Source: a virus (taxonomy: Duplodnaviria > Heunggongvirae > Uroviricota > Caudoviricetes). Taken from it: a DNA stretch of 64,000 nucleotides. Both the position numbers and the translations under genes were made by a program. Positions within the stretch are counted from its first letter, which is position 1, and the number at the start of each line of letters is the position of its first letter. The notes under the pieces are model-generated. The model saw only the letters and a list, made by a program, of their open reading frames with translations, made no database searches and was not told the DNA's origin. Where the stretch lies: the IMG/VR virus record IMGVR_UViG_3300034107_000364. One strand, written 5' to 3'. Shown one piece after another: positions 8,904-17,386 of the stretch.

Positions 8904-8930
8904 GAAACAAAATAAGGCTAATACATATAA
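8904..8930 (+). promoter_or_regulatory. Class 2 promoter GAAAC-N17-TATAA (start of the DNA-modification operon)
   Basis: GAAAC 8904-8908, TATAA 8926-8930. Confidence 0.7.
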
Positions 8931-8945
8931 TAATAAACACTTCAC

Positions 8946-9248
8946 ATGAACAAAACTAATATTTTAGAAGAAGCTAACAAAATTGTTAACGAACGCTCAG
9001 AAGAAAAAGAACGCATGTACGGACCTTTCGAAGAAGGTATGCGAAGAGCTGCAATGATTTTTAATGGCATGACTGGTAAAGAAATGAATGGATCTGACAT
9101 GTATGCAGCTTTAGTTGCACTTAAATTGAGTCGTCATTCATATAATTATAAACAAGATAATCTATTAGATGCAGTTGCATACTTAGGTGCTCTTGACAAC
9201 TATGTTGAAAAGCATGGTTATGGTGAATCAGAAGATCCTATTAAATAA
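8946..9248 (+). CDS. DUF6378-like protein (all-alpha nucleotide diphosphohydrolase-related)
   Basis: ILEEANKIVN..R...YG, KLSR and DNLLDAVAY pattern. Confidence 0.65.
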   Translation: MNKTNILEEANKIVNERSEEKERMYGPFEEGMRRAAMIFNGMTGKEMNGSDMYAALVALKLSRHSYNYKQDNLLDAVAYLGALDNYVEKHGYGESEDPIK

Positions 9249-9254
9249 TATCAT

Positions 9255-10328
9255 ATGTCAGAATTTAAGTACTTAACAGACTATGTTACCGATAAGTCGT
9301 CTCGTATAGCGATTGCAGCCTTAGTTGGTAAATTAAGTCCAAAGGAAAGCTCACACAAAAGTGGTTGGGCATTTCATTTAGCTAATCAAATAACCAACTT
9401 GGGATTTGAAAGAGTAGACGTTATCACAGATACCGAAACCAAATGGCAAGATTACGATTGTATTCTTATCGAACATGGTATGGAATTCAAAGGTACTTTT
9501 AATATTTTTGGTGGTGCGAACGATGATTTGTACCACCAATTAATTCGTATCAAAAGCGGTGCACAGATGTATAGTTTACATCATGATATGCCATGTATTG
9601 CTACACTTATTGAACAAAGACTTAAAACGGGAACTGACTTATTTAAATCTATCGAACCAGATATTGAATCAATAAGAGAAATTTGTGCAAACGATATTCC
9701 AAGAATTGATCACATTGCTAAAACAGAAAAACTTTGTTTTGGTGATAGCCATTCATTTAGCCAATATTCTCCAGGTTACATGACTCAACGTCATGATGGT
9801 TTAACTATGCACGGTGCACTTAAACGAGGATTAGACACATATGTATACCCATGGATTACTGATCTTAGGGTTTATATGGGTAATATTGACGTAAGACACC
9901 ATTTAATGAGACAAGATAATCCTTCAGCTTCTGTTAAAAATCTTATGATTAAATATGAGCAAGAATTATTGAAACTACAAGAACGTGGTGTTACCAATAT
10001 TGAAGTAGTACATTGTTTACCTATTGAAAATGAATCAAGAGTGTTGCCTAAAACAGGTTACTATAAAGGAACACCATACACTGGAACTTGGTCAGAACGT
10101 GCAGCTTTAGTCAAAGAAATTAATTCATCTATCGATGATATGTGTCAAAGAAATGGATGGAAATCATATAAACATCCAGAAGTGTATTTTAATGCACTTA
10201 ACGAATTGACATTTGATGTTATGGAAAAACCAAAATCAGTACACATTGCCCGTGAATTTTACAGATGGGATGTTGCTAAGAATGAACCTAACAAAAAACT
10301 AATTAAACAAACGCTTGCACTTTTTTAA
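9255..10328 (+). CDS. Protein with C-terminal SGNH/GDSL-like hydrolase or acyltransferase domain
   Basis: CFGDSHS, MGNIDVRHH and C-terminal SVH motifs in SGNH order; N-terminal half unassigned. Confidence 0.45.
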   Translation: MSEFKYLTDYVTDKSSRIAIAALVGKLSPKESSHKSGWAFHLANQITNLGFERVDVITDTETKWQDYDCILIEHGMEFKGTFNIFGGANDDLYHQLIRIKSGAQMYSLHHDMPCIATLIEQRLKTGTDLFKSIEPDIESIREICANDIPRIDHIAKTEKLCFGDSHSFSQYSPGYMTQRHDGLTMHGALKRGLDTYVYPWITDLRVYMGNIDVRHHLMRQDNPSASVKNLMIKYEQELLKLQERGVTNIEVVHCLPIENESRVLPKTGYYKGTPYTGTWSERAALVKEINSSIDDMCQRNGWKSYKHPEVYFNALNELTFDVMEKPKSVHIAREFYRWDVAKNEPNKKLIKQTLALF

Positions 10329-10329
10329 A

Positions 10330-10479
10330 ATGGAAAAGAATGACGAAAAATACAAAATAGAAATAACGTACACTAATGGTACGATAGAGATATTAGAAAT
10401 TAAAACAAATGAATTAGAATGGTCTATGATGCAATATCAAAGAAATAGAGATCCTTTTAATTGGAAAGTAATTAAGTAA
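10330..10479 (+). CDS. Small hypothetical protein (49 aa; not in the ORF track)
   Basis: ATG 10330, MEKNDEKYKIEITY...WKVIK, TAA 10477-10479; fills the gap exactly between neighbours. Confidence 0.65.
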   Translation: MEKNDEKYKIEITYTNGTIEILEIKTNELEWSMMQYQRNRDPFNWKVIK

Positions 10480-10480
10480 T

Positions 10481-11689
10481 ATGCAAATAAAAACTACCAG
10501 ATACTATGAAGAATTCCTAAGATATTATGATCTTGCACTTAAACAACAAGAGCTTAGTAATTTAGGTCATATTCCTCATCATGAAAGTGATGTTAATGAC
10601 GAGTTAATGCACCATATTGAATTATATGATGTAGTAGAACGTAAATTTGCAGGATTCTCAGCCATCATCAATGATTGTTTTTATGGTTGGACAGAAGATC
10701 ATCCATATTGGTCTCGTATGGATGCAGGACTTTACACACCACAAAGATTTGAGATTGCAAATAATTGGACAAACAAACAAAGAGTATTTGGATTAGAAGA
10801 TTGGCTTTATGTGTTTATATTACACAGAGTTTGTGGATCTGCAATTAATTATGCAACCAAACCTTCTGGTTATCACAACACAATATTGCCATCTTTACAT
10901 GATTGTAATACGATTGAAGAAATGTGTGAGAAAGTTAAGTATCATCCAACGCCATTTTATACTTCAGTTGGTTATCAATTTCCGGCATTCCCAAAACCAC
11001 CTACACCAACATCAGATGAAGATAGTTTTGTAGGTATGTCATCGTTTAAAAAACCAGAATATGTTTACAAACGAGGTGGAGATTATTTCTTATGTGAATA
11101 TGCACCAAGATTAGCAAGAGATATGGCAACATATCTAACAACAGGTGATAAAAAAGACTTAAGAGAATTGGGTGATTGGATGTTTAAGTGGAATGCAGAC
11201 AATGGTTTAAGAGCTTATAGATTTCAATACGCTGCAGTAATTGCAGATGTTGCAGATTGGTTCCCAGAATATATGAACAGAGAATCTATGTTTTATTATG
11301 GAACAAATGCAGTAGAATGTATTGGTTATTTGGCAGATCCAATTTCAGGTGGTGGCAAGAAAAGCGAAGAATTCTTAGATTCTGTTATGAATAAGATCTA
11401 TGAAGATACAGGATCATTGCCATATAACGCAGAAGATGTGGCCTGCGATTATATTAGATGGATCGAAAACTACTTAAGACCGGGAGCAGACTATGCCCAC
11501 ATCAACATGGACACTCTGTGGAACTCTTCATCAATAAACGATCATCCATTTGGTAGACAAAAAGCTATGTTAGATTTAGGTCTTGTAGAGACTTTCAATG
11601 GTATGACTTCGTTTCCATCAGATGACAAGATATTACAAGCTGCTGGAGTTTCAGTAGAAGATTATAAAAAAATGGTAAGTAAACTATGA
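10481..11689 (+). CDS. Putative aGPT-Pplase-like (amino acid:DNA transferase / 5hmdU-kinase-related helical fold) DNA-modifying enzyme, paralog 1
   Basis: FILHRVCGS, AVIADVADWFP and C-terminal EDVACDYIRW resemble the ExxLCExxK motif of that family; operon context. Confidence 0.5.
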   Translation: MQIKTTRYYEEFLRYYDLALKQQELSNLGHIPHHESDVNDELMHHIELYDVVERKFAGFSAIINDCFYGWTEDHPYWSRMDAGLYTPQRFEIANNWTNKQRVFGLEDWLYVFILHRVCGSAINYATKPSGYHNTILPSLHDCNTIEEMCEKVKYHPTPFYTSVGYQFPAFPKPPTPTSDEDSFVGMSSFKKPEYVYKRGGDYFLCEYAPRLARDMATYLTTGDKKDLRELGDWMFKWNADNGLRAYRFQYAAVIADVADWFPEYMNRESMFYYGTNAVECIGYLADPISGGGKKSEEFLDSVMNKIYEDTGSLPYNAEDVACDYIRWIENYLRPGADYAHINMDTLWNSSSINDHPFGRQKAMLDLGLVETFNGMTSFPSDDKILQAAGVSVEDYKKMVSKL

Positions 11690-12813
11690 TTAACGACCAA
11701 CAAGTAGTAAGAGAACCTCAATGTGATATTGAACCTAAAAGAAAAGTGTCAAGTATAATTCAGAATAAATTATTTGAATTTGAAGATGACACTAATATGG
11801 TTTATGACAATATTTCATATGAAGGCACTTCTGATATTATCATGCATAATGGTAAACCTAAGGAAAGCTGGATGAAAGATTGGACTCAAGAACAACGTTT
11901 TGATAAATTCTTTGAATTTTGTCATGCGTTTGATAAGAGACAAGATAAATTATTATCGGAAGATTATCAAATATTTTCCCACAGATTACACTGGCACGAG
12001 CATCCATATTGTTATATGATGCAAAATGAAACAGATCTAGAAAAGCTTCTTTATTATACGATTGTATTCTCATTCAGTAATGAACATTGGGGAACTATTA
12101 TGAGGTTGATTAATGAAGGTGAAGAAAAAACAAGAGAACACTTTGTTGAAAACAGACATGCACGTAATGATCTATTTCAAATCTATTATCCTAAAGGTAC
12201 ACAAGTTAAAGATTGGTTATTAGATGGACCTAAGAAAGCTGCCAAAGAAATGGCTCATGTTTTAGAAAATCTAGAGAGACCATATACAATGATGGAATTT
12301 GCAAAAATTCTAGAAAAGTATTTTAAAGAACACCAAAACTTTAGAAGTCCATTATATCCATGTAAGAACACTGCACGTTATGTTGCAATGAGTAGACCAG
12401 ATCTTGTAGATCCTGAGTCAATTCTTTTTGGTGGAACAGGACACTTTGACGGTATGATGCAAATCTTTGGAGGACCAAACTTAAATGGTAAAGTAAAATA
12501 TTCTATTGACAAAGATGGACAATTTATAGCAGAAAATAAGTATGCTGAAATGTGGATCGAACAAATGAATATTTTAGCTAATCATCCAAATAACCCGATG
12601 ACTAGTCAAAAGATGTTAAATGTAGAAGATAAAACATGTTTCTTTTACAAACACATTGCAATTAGTCATGACATTAAATCTCCAACTAAGAGAATTCCAT
12701 ACACATGGATTTTTGATGGAGCATTCAATTTAGCAAAACATCCCACAGAAAATGTTGTAGTAAATGCTGAAACAACACGATACTTGTGGGGTAAAGATTA
12801 TCCTAACGAATAA
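11686..12813 (+). CDS. Putative aGPT-Pplase-like DNA-modifying enzyme, paralog 2
   Basis: C-terminal EDKTCFFYKH parallels paralog 1; similar length; ATGA overlap coupling. Confidence 0.45.
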   Translation: MINDQQVVREPQCDIEPKRKVSSIIQNKLFEFEDDTNMVYDNISYEGTSDIIMHNGKPKESWMKDWTQEQRFDKFFEFCHAFDKRQDKLLSEDYQIFSHRLHWHEHPYCYMMQNETDLEKLLYYTIVFSFSNEHWGTIMRLINEGEEKTREHFVENRHARNDLFQIYYPKGTQVKDWLLDGPKKAAKEMAHVLENLERPYTMMEFAKILEKYFKEHQNFRSPLYPCKNTARYVAMSRPDLVDPESILFGGTGHFDGMMQIFGGPNLNGKVKYSIDKDGQFIAENKYAEMWIEQMNILANHPNNPMTSQKMLNVEDKTCFFYKHIAISHDIKSPTKRIPYTWIFDGAFNLAKHPTENVVVNAETTRYLWGKDYPNE

Positions 12814-12824
12814 AAATAAAGAAA

Positions 12825-13493
12825 ATGAAAAATAAAGCAGAAGATGCATGGCAAATCCTAAGAATTCAAGGAGAATTTACAAAAGGATTTGATACATTTA
12901 GCGAACTGGGCCCATGTATTTCCGTATTCGGAAGTGCAAGAACCAAAGTTGGAACTAAATGGTATGAAGAGGCAAAATTATTTGGTAAGTTAATAGCTTG
13001 TGAAGGTTTTGGAGTAATTACTGGTGGTGGTCCAGGTATTATGGCAGCAGCTAATCACGGCGCAAAAGAAGTTGGTGGTAAATCTATTGGAATTGGAATT
13101 GAATTACCATTTGAAGCAGGAATGAATAAGTATGTTGATCTTGGTATTGAATGTAGATATTTCTTTACACGTAAAGTTATGTTCTTAAAATACTCACAGG
13201 CATTTGCAGTATTTCCTGGAGGTCTTGGTACAATGGATGAATTATTTGAAGCCATTACATTAGCACAATGTGGACACAACGTAAAATATCCAATAGTCCT
13301 AGTTGGTAAAGAATACTGGACAGGATTAGTAGATTGGCTTAGAAATACTGTTCTTGAAAATGGTAAAATGAGTGATAAAGATTTTGATCTATTTAGAATC
13401 GTAGATAGCGCAGAAGAAGCCAGAGACAAAATCATGGAATATCATAAAACATTTATTAATTCAGATACACTATCAGATAAAACAAACTTTTAA
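12825..13493 (+). CDS. LOG family nucleotide phosphoribohydrolase (TIGR00730-like)
   Basis: SVFGSAR, ITGGGPGIMAAAN, RKVMF and PGGLGTMDELFE signature. Confidence 0.9.
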   Translation: MKNKAEDAWQILRIQGEFTKGFDTFSELGPCISVFGSARTKVGTKWYEEAKLFGKLIACEGFGVITGGGPGIMAAANHGAKEVGGKSIGIGIELPFEAGMNKYVDLGIECRYFFTRKVMFLKYSQAFAVFPGGLGTMDELFEAITLAQCGHNVKYPIVLVGKEYWTGLVDWLRNTVLENGKMSDKDFDLFRIVDSAEEARDKIMEYHKTFINSDTLSDKTNF

Positions 13494-13495
13494 TT

Positions 13496-14392
13496 ATGTC
13501 ACACGATAAACACACAAACAGTAATAGAAATCAAGATCTAAATCTAATGATGCCAAATAGACAGGCTTGGTTAGATTTAGCTGGTGATTGGAAAGATCCA
13601 TTCGATTCTCCTAAAATTGTAGAACATGATGGATTTAACGTAGTTCGAGAAGATTTAATGGGCTTTGGATCTAAATGTAGATTTGGTGACATCTTAGTTA
13701 GTAAATGTCAAACAGATACATTAGTATACGTTCAACCTCGTTTTGGTTTTGCTGGAATTTCATTGGCATACTTAGCTGAAAAGTACAATAAGAAATTGGT
13801 CTTATTTAGTCCATCTCAAAAAGAGATTTCAGATCATCAAGCTATTTGTATTGAGAACGGTGCTGAAATGAAATTTAAAAGAATCGCAGCAATGCCAAAT
13901 CTGAATGCACATGCAAAAAGATGGGCTGAAGAAAACAATGCAACTTTTATTCCATTAGGTTTAAAACATGAATTAGTTACAGCTGCTGCAGTTAAAGTAG
14001 CATATGATCTTGCAGAGACTCATGGATACCCAAAAGAAGTTTGGTCTGCTATTTCAACAGGAGTTTTACAAAGAGCTTTACAAATCGCATGGCCAGATGC
14101 AGACTTTAATGCAGTGGCAGTTGCGCGTAATATCAAAGATGGTGAATTAGGAAGAGCAAATGTATGGTCACATCCTAAACAATTTAATCAAGATGTAGAT
14201 GCTGCATATATGCCACCGTTTCCTTCAGCTACTAACTACGATGCAAAAGCATGGGAATTTATGAAAAAACATGGAAATCCAGGTGCATGGTTTTGGAATG
14301 TAGGTGGAGATCCTAAACCAAAACAGATGACTACAAAAGAAACAGTTAATTCTCAAAGAGGATGGGGAGAAGTTTTGGAAATGGACCAATAA
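13496..14392 (+). CDS. PLP-dependent enzyme, fold type II (Trp synthase beta-like); similar to phage DNA-hypermodification decarboxylases
   Basis: VVREDLMGFGSKCR (PLP lysine region), FGFAGISLA, STGVL, PFPSATNYDAKAW and WFWNVG. Confidence 0.7.
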   Translation: MSHDKHTNSNRNQDLNLMMPNRQAWLDLAGDWKDPFDSPKIVEHDGFNVVREDLMGFGSKCRFGDILVSKCQTDTLVYVQPRFGFAGISLAYLAEKYNKKLVLFSPSQKEISDHQAICIENGAEMKFKRIAAMPNLNAHAKRWAEENNATFIPLGLKHELVTAAAVKVAYDLAETHGYPKEVWSAISTGVLQRALQIAWPDADFNAVAVARNIKDGELGRANVWSHPKQFNQDVDAAYMPPFPSATNYDAKAWEFMKKHGNPGAWFWNVGGDPKPKQMTTKETVNSQRGWGEVLEMDQ

Positions 14393-14398
14393 AAACCT

Positions 14399-14426
14399 GA
14401 AACTAAATTAAAAATATTCATATTAA
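14399..14426 (+). promoter_or_regulatory. Class 2 promoter variant (GAAAC-N17-TATTAA)
   Basis: GAAAC 14399-14403, TATTAA from 14421. Confidence 0.5.
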
Positions 14427-14445
14427 TACTATAACAAAATAAAAA

Positions 14446-14913
14446 ATGGCAAACATAGACAATGAATGTAAAGATCTAGAAGTACAAGACTTTTACGACC
14501 AATCGACAACACACCTAGAAGATATTATGTCGCATCAAAAAGAGATGCAAGAAAAAACTTATGGAATTAAGTTTGACGAAATGTCAATTAGAGAAGTAAT
14601 GAATTTTTGGCATGTTAATACTCACGCAGTTATTGATGAGTTACATGAAATGACAGATGCACTTGGCGGTATTAAAGATGGCTCTGGAAATGCAGTATGG
14701 AAATACTGGAAAAAAGACTTCTCAAAATATGAAACTATGAAAGTTTCAGATCTATCAGAAGATGATCGTAAAGAGTTGTTCATGGAATGGATCGATGTAT
14801 TACATTTCTTTATTAATTATGCAGCATCAATTGGCCTAGATGCTAAAACAGCATATAATTATTATTTCGCAAAAGCAGAAGAGAATAAAAACCGTCAAAA
14901 ACGAGGCTATTAA
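14446..14913 (+). CDS. All-alpha dNTP pyrophosphatase (dimeric dUTPase / T4 gp56-like)
   Basis: DELHEM, WKYWK and EWIDVLHF motifs. Confidence 0.75.
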   Translation: MANIDNECKDLEVQDFYDQSTTHLEDIMSHQKEMQEKTYGIKFDEMSIREVMNFWHVNTHAVIDELHEMTDALGGIKDGSGNAVWKYWKKDFSKYETMKVSDLSEDDRKELFMEWIDVLHFFINYAASIGLDAKTAYNYYFAKAEENKNRQKRGY

Positions 14914-16325
14914 TGTTATTAGATATAGAACAAACCGAAAAGGAACTAATAGTTTCATATTACGACAAAGAAGGAAAAGTTTCCTTCAAGAGATATTCTG
15001 TAAACCAATTCCAAAATTGGGTAGTCACAGAAGAAAAAGATAAGCATAAAGATAGTACCTATAGAAATTGGGACAATAGACCACTTAAAAGAGGTATTGC
15101 AAAATCTTTTAATAAATTTAGTTTGTTATATTTCATGGACTCTTTGCCTGAAAAAGACAAAGAAGAGATCTATGAATTCAATATGCCACGAACATACTTC
15201 GTCGATATTGAAACTGAGATCGTTGATGGTTTCCCAAAACCAGAAGAGGCTAAGTCTCGTATCTTAACATTTTCAATTATTACACCTGAACGTAAAGCAA
15301 TTGTATTAGGTCTAGAAGATTTAACATCAGAACAAATTGCTAAAATTGAAAAGGATACTAATGCACACTTAAAAAACTACGACACAGATTGGGACTTTTC
15401 ATATCATAAGTTTGATGATGAGTACAATATGTTGTATACATTCTTACATAAGTTTTTGCCTAAGTTCCCAATGATGACAGGGTGGAACTTTATCAACTAT
15501 GACTGGCAGTATATAGTCAATAGATGTAAACGATTACAGATTGACCTGACTGAAGTGGCAATCACTGGCAGCTTAGACAAGACAGATCAGCGACCAATGC
15601 ACATGGGAATTTTGGATTACATGCAATTGTATGATAAATATGACAGATCAGTTGCTGTAAAAGAATCAAATTCATTAGACTTCGTTTCTGGTGCAGTATT
15701 AGATGTAACCAAAATTAAATATGCTGGATCATTAACGGATCTTTATAATAATGATTTTACAAAGTATGTGTTCTATAACGTAATTGACTCATGTCTTGTA
15801 TATTATATAGATCGACAATTAAGATCGATGGAAGTACTTTTAACATTAGCAACTATTACAAGAATGCCTTTGTATAAAGCTTCATCACCAGTGGCAATCA
15901 CAGAAGCTTTGTTAGCAAGAAAATTAGCAGAAACAAATAAAAAGATTGGTATAGAATATGGCAAAGCAGATTCTCTTAAAGAAGGTAAATTTGAAGGAGC
16001 ATTTGTAAAGCAACCCATTGTTGGTTATTATAGTGGAGTAAGTGCATTTGACTTTGCATCACTATATCCTTCAATCATGAGACAGTTTAATATTTCTCCC
16101 GAGTCATTCGTTGAACAAGTTCCTGAATCTGAAATTATCGAAAGACGAAAAGATACAGCTGTAATTGTTTGTGAAAATGGTGTAGTATTTAAGAAAGAAG
16201 ACTCAATTCTTAAAAAGATTCTAAGCGATTTATATGCTCAGCGTAAAGATTACAAAGCTACTTCATATAAATATTATGAAAAAGCACATGAGCTAGAAAA
16301 AAAACTAAAAAAAATTAAAAATTAA
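14913..16325 (+). CDS. gp43: Family B DNA polymerase, N-terminal subunit (3'-5' exonuclease plus palm region II; gp43A-like)
   Basis: VDIETE (ExoI), GWNFINYD (ExoII), YNVID (ExoIII), FDFASLYPSI; ends after the first fingers helix. Confidence 0.9.
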   Translation: MLLDIEQTEKELIVSYYDKEGKVSFKRYSVNQFQNWVVTEEKDKHKDSTYRNWDNRPLKRGIAKSFNKFSLLYFMDSLPEKDKEEIYEFNMPRTYFVDIETEIVDGFPKPEEAKSRILTFSIITPERKAIVLGLEDLTSEQIAKIEKDTNAHLKNYDTDWDFSYHKFDDEYNMLYTFLHKFLPKFPMMTGWNFINYDWQYIVNRCKRLQIDLTEVAITGSLDKTDQRPMHMGILDYMQLYDKYDRSVAVKESNSLDFVSGAVLDVTKIKYAGSLTDLYNNDFTKYVFYNVIDSCLVYYIDRQLRSMEVLLTLATITRMPLYKASSPVAITEALLARKLAETNKKIGIEYGKADSLKEGKFEGAFVKQPIVGYYSGVSAFDFASLYPSIMRQFNISPESFVEQVPESEIIERRKDTAVIVCENGVVFKKEDSILKKILSDLYAQRKDYKATSYKYYEKAHELEKKLKKIKN

Positions 16326-16382
16326 TTTTCGAAGGTATCACCAATACACTTGATATATAAATTACAAAAAAACACAACTACG

Positions 16383-17363
16383 ATGAATAACAATATCTTC
16401 GAAAAAAGAGTAAACATTTTACCATACGAATACCCTTCATTATTAGCATATAAAGATGCAATTAGACACTCTTATTGGATTCACACAGAGTTTAATTTTA
16501 CAACAGATATTGATGATTTTAAAACTAAGATTTCAGACGAAGAAAGAGAAGTGATTAAAAGAGCAATGTTGGCTATCGCACAAATTGAAGTAAATGTGAA
16601 AACTTTTTGGGCTGATCTCTATAAGAGAATGCCAATCACAGAAATCGGAGATGTTGGTATGACATTTGCAGAATCTGAAGTAAGACACAAAGATGCTTAC
16701 GCACAACTACTTAGAATCCTAGGATTAGAAGAGGAATTTCAAAATGTTATAGAAATTCCAGCTATTAAAGATAGAATAGCATACTTATCAAAGTACTTAG
16801 ACGGTACGAGAAGTAAAGACAATAAAATGTATACTAAATCAGTATTATTATTTTCATTGTTTATTGAACATGTTAGTTTATTTAGTCAATTTTTAATTAT
16901 GATGTCATTTAACAAAGATAAAAACCTATTTAAAGGTATTTCTAATGTTGTTGAAGCTACCTCAAAGGAAGAGGAAATACATGGTAATTTTGGATCAGAA
17001 CTAATTAACATTATTAAAGAAGAGAATCCTGAATGGTTTGACGAAGAGTTCGAACAATTAATTGATTCTGCATGTAAAAAAGCGTATATCGCTGAAGTTA
17101 AAATCTTAGATTGGATTTTTGAGAAAGGTGAATTAGAGTTCCTATCCAAAGATACCATTAAGAATTTTATACAAAATAGGTTCAATAATTCATTAGCACG
17201 CATTGGCATGAAACCAGTATTCGAAGTTGATTTCGCAGAAATCGAAAAAACTTTATGGTTTGATGTTGAAATTACAGCAACAAAAGAAGGTGATTTCTTT
17301 TACAAAAAACAAGTTGACTACAACAAAAAGAGTAAGTCAATTACAGAAGACGATTTATTTTAA
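16383..17363 (+). CDS. nrdB: Ribonucleotide reductase class Ia small subunit
   Basis: ESEVRHKDAY, EHVSLF and KEEEIHG di-iron/tyrosyl motifs; start moved to the second ATG; GATATATA at 16352-16359. Confidence 0.92.
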   Translation: MNNNIFEKRVNILPYEYPSLLAYKDAIRHSYWIHTEFNFTTDIDDFKTKISDEEREVIKRAMLAIAQIEVNVKTFWADLYKRMPITEIGDVGMTFAESEVRHKDAYAQLLRILGLEEEFQNVIEIPAIKDRIAYLSKYLDGTRSKDNKMYTKSVLLFSLFIEHVSLFSQFLIMMSFNKDKNLFKGISNVVEATSKEEEIHGNFGSELINIIKEENPEWFDEEFEQLIDSACKKAYIAEVKILDWIFEKGELEFLSKDTIKNFIQNRFNNSLARIGMKPVFEVDFAEIEKTLWFDVEITATKEGDFFYKKQVDYNKKSKSITEDDLF

Positions 17364-17386
17364 AATAAAAAACAAAGAACTTAAAT

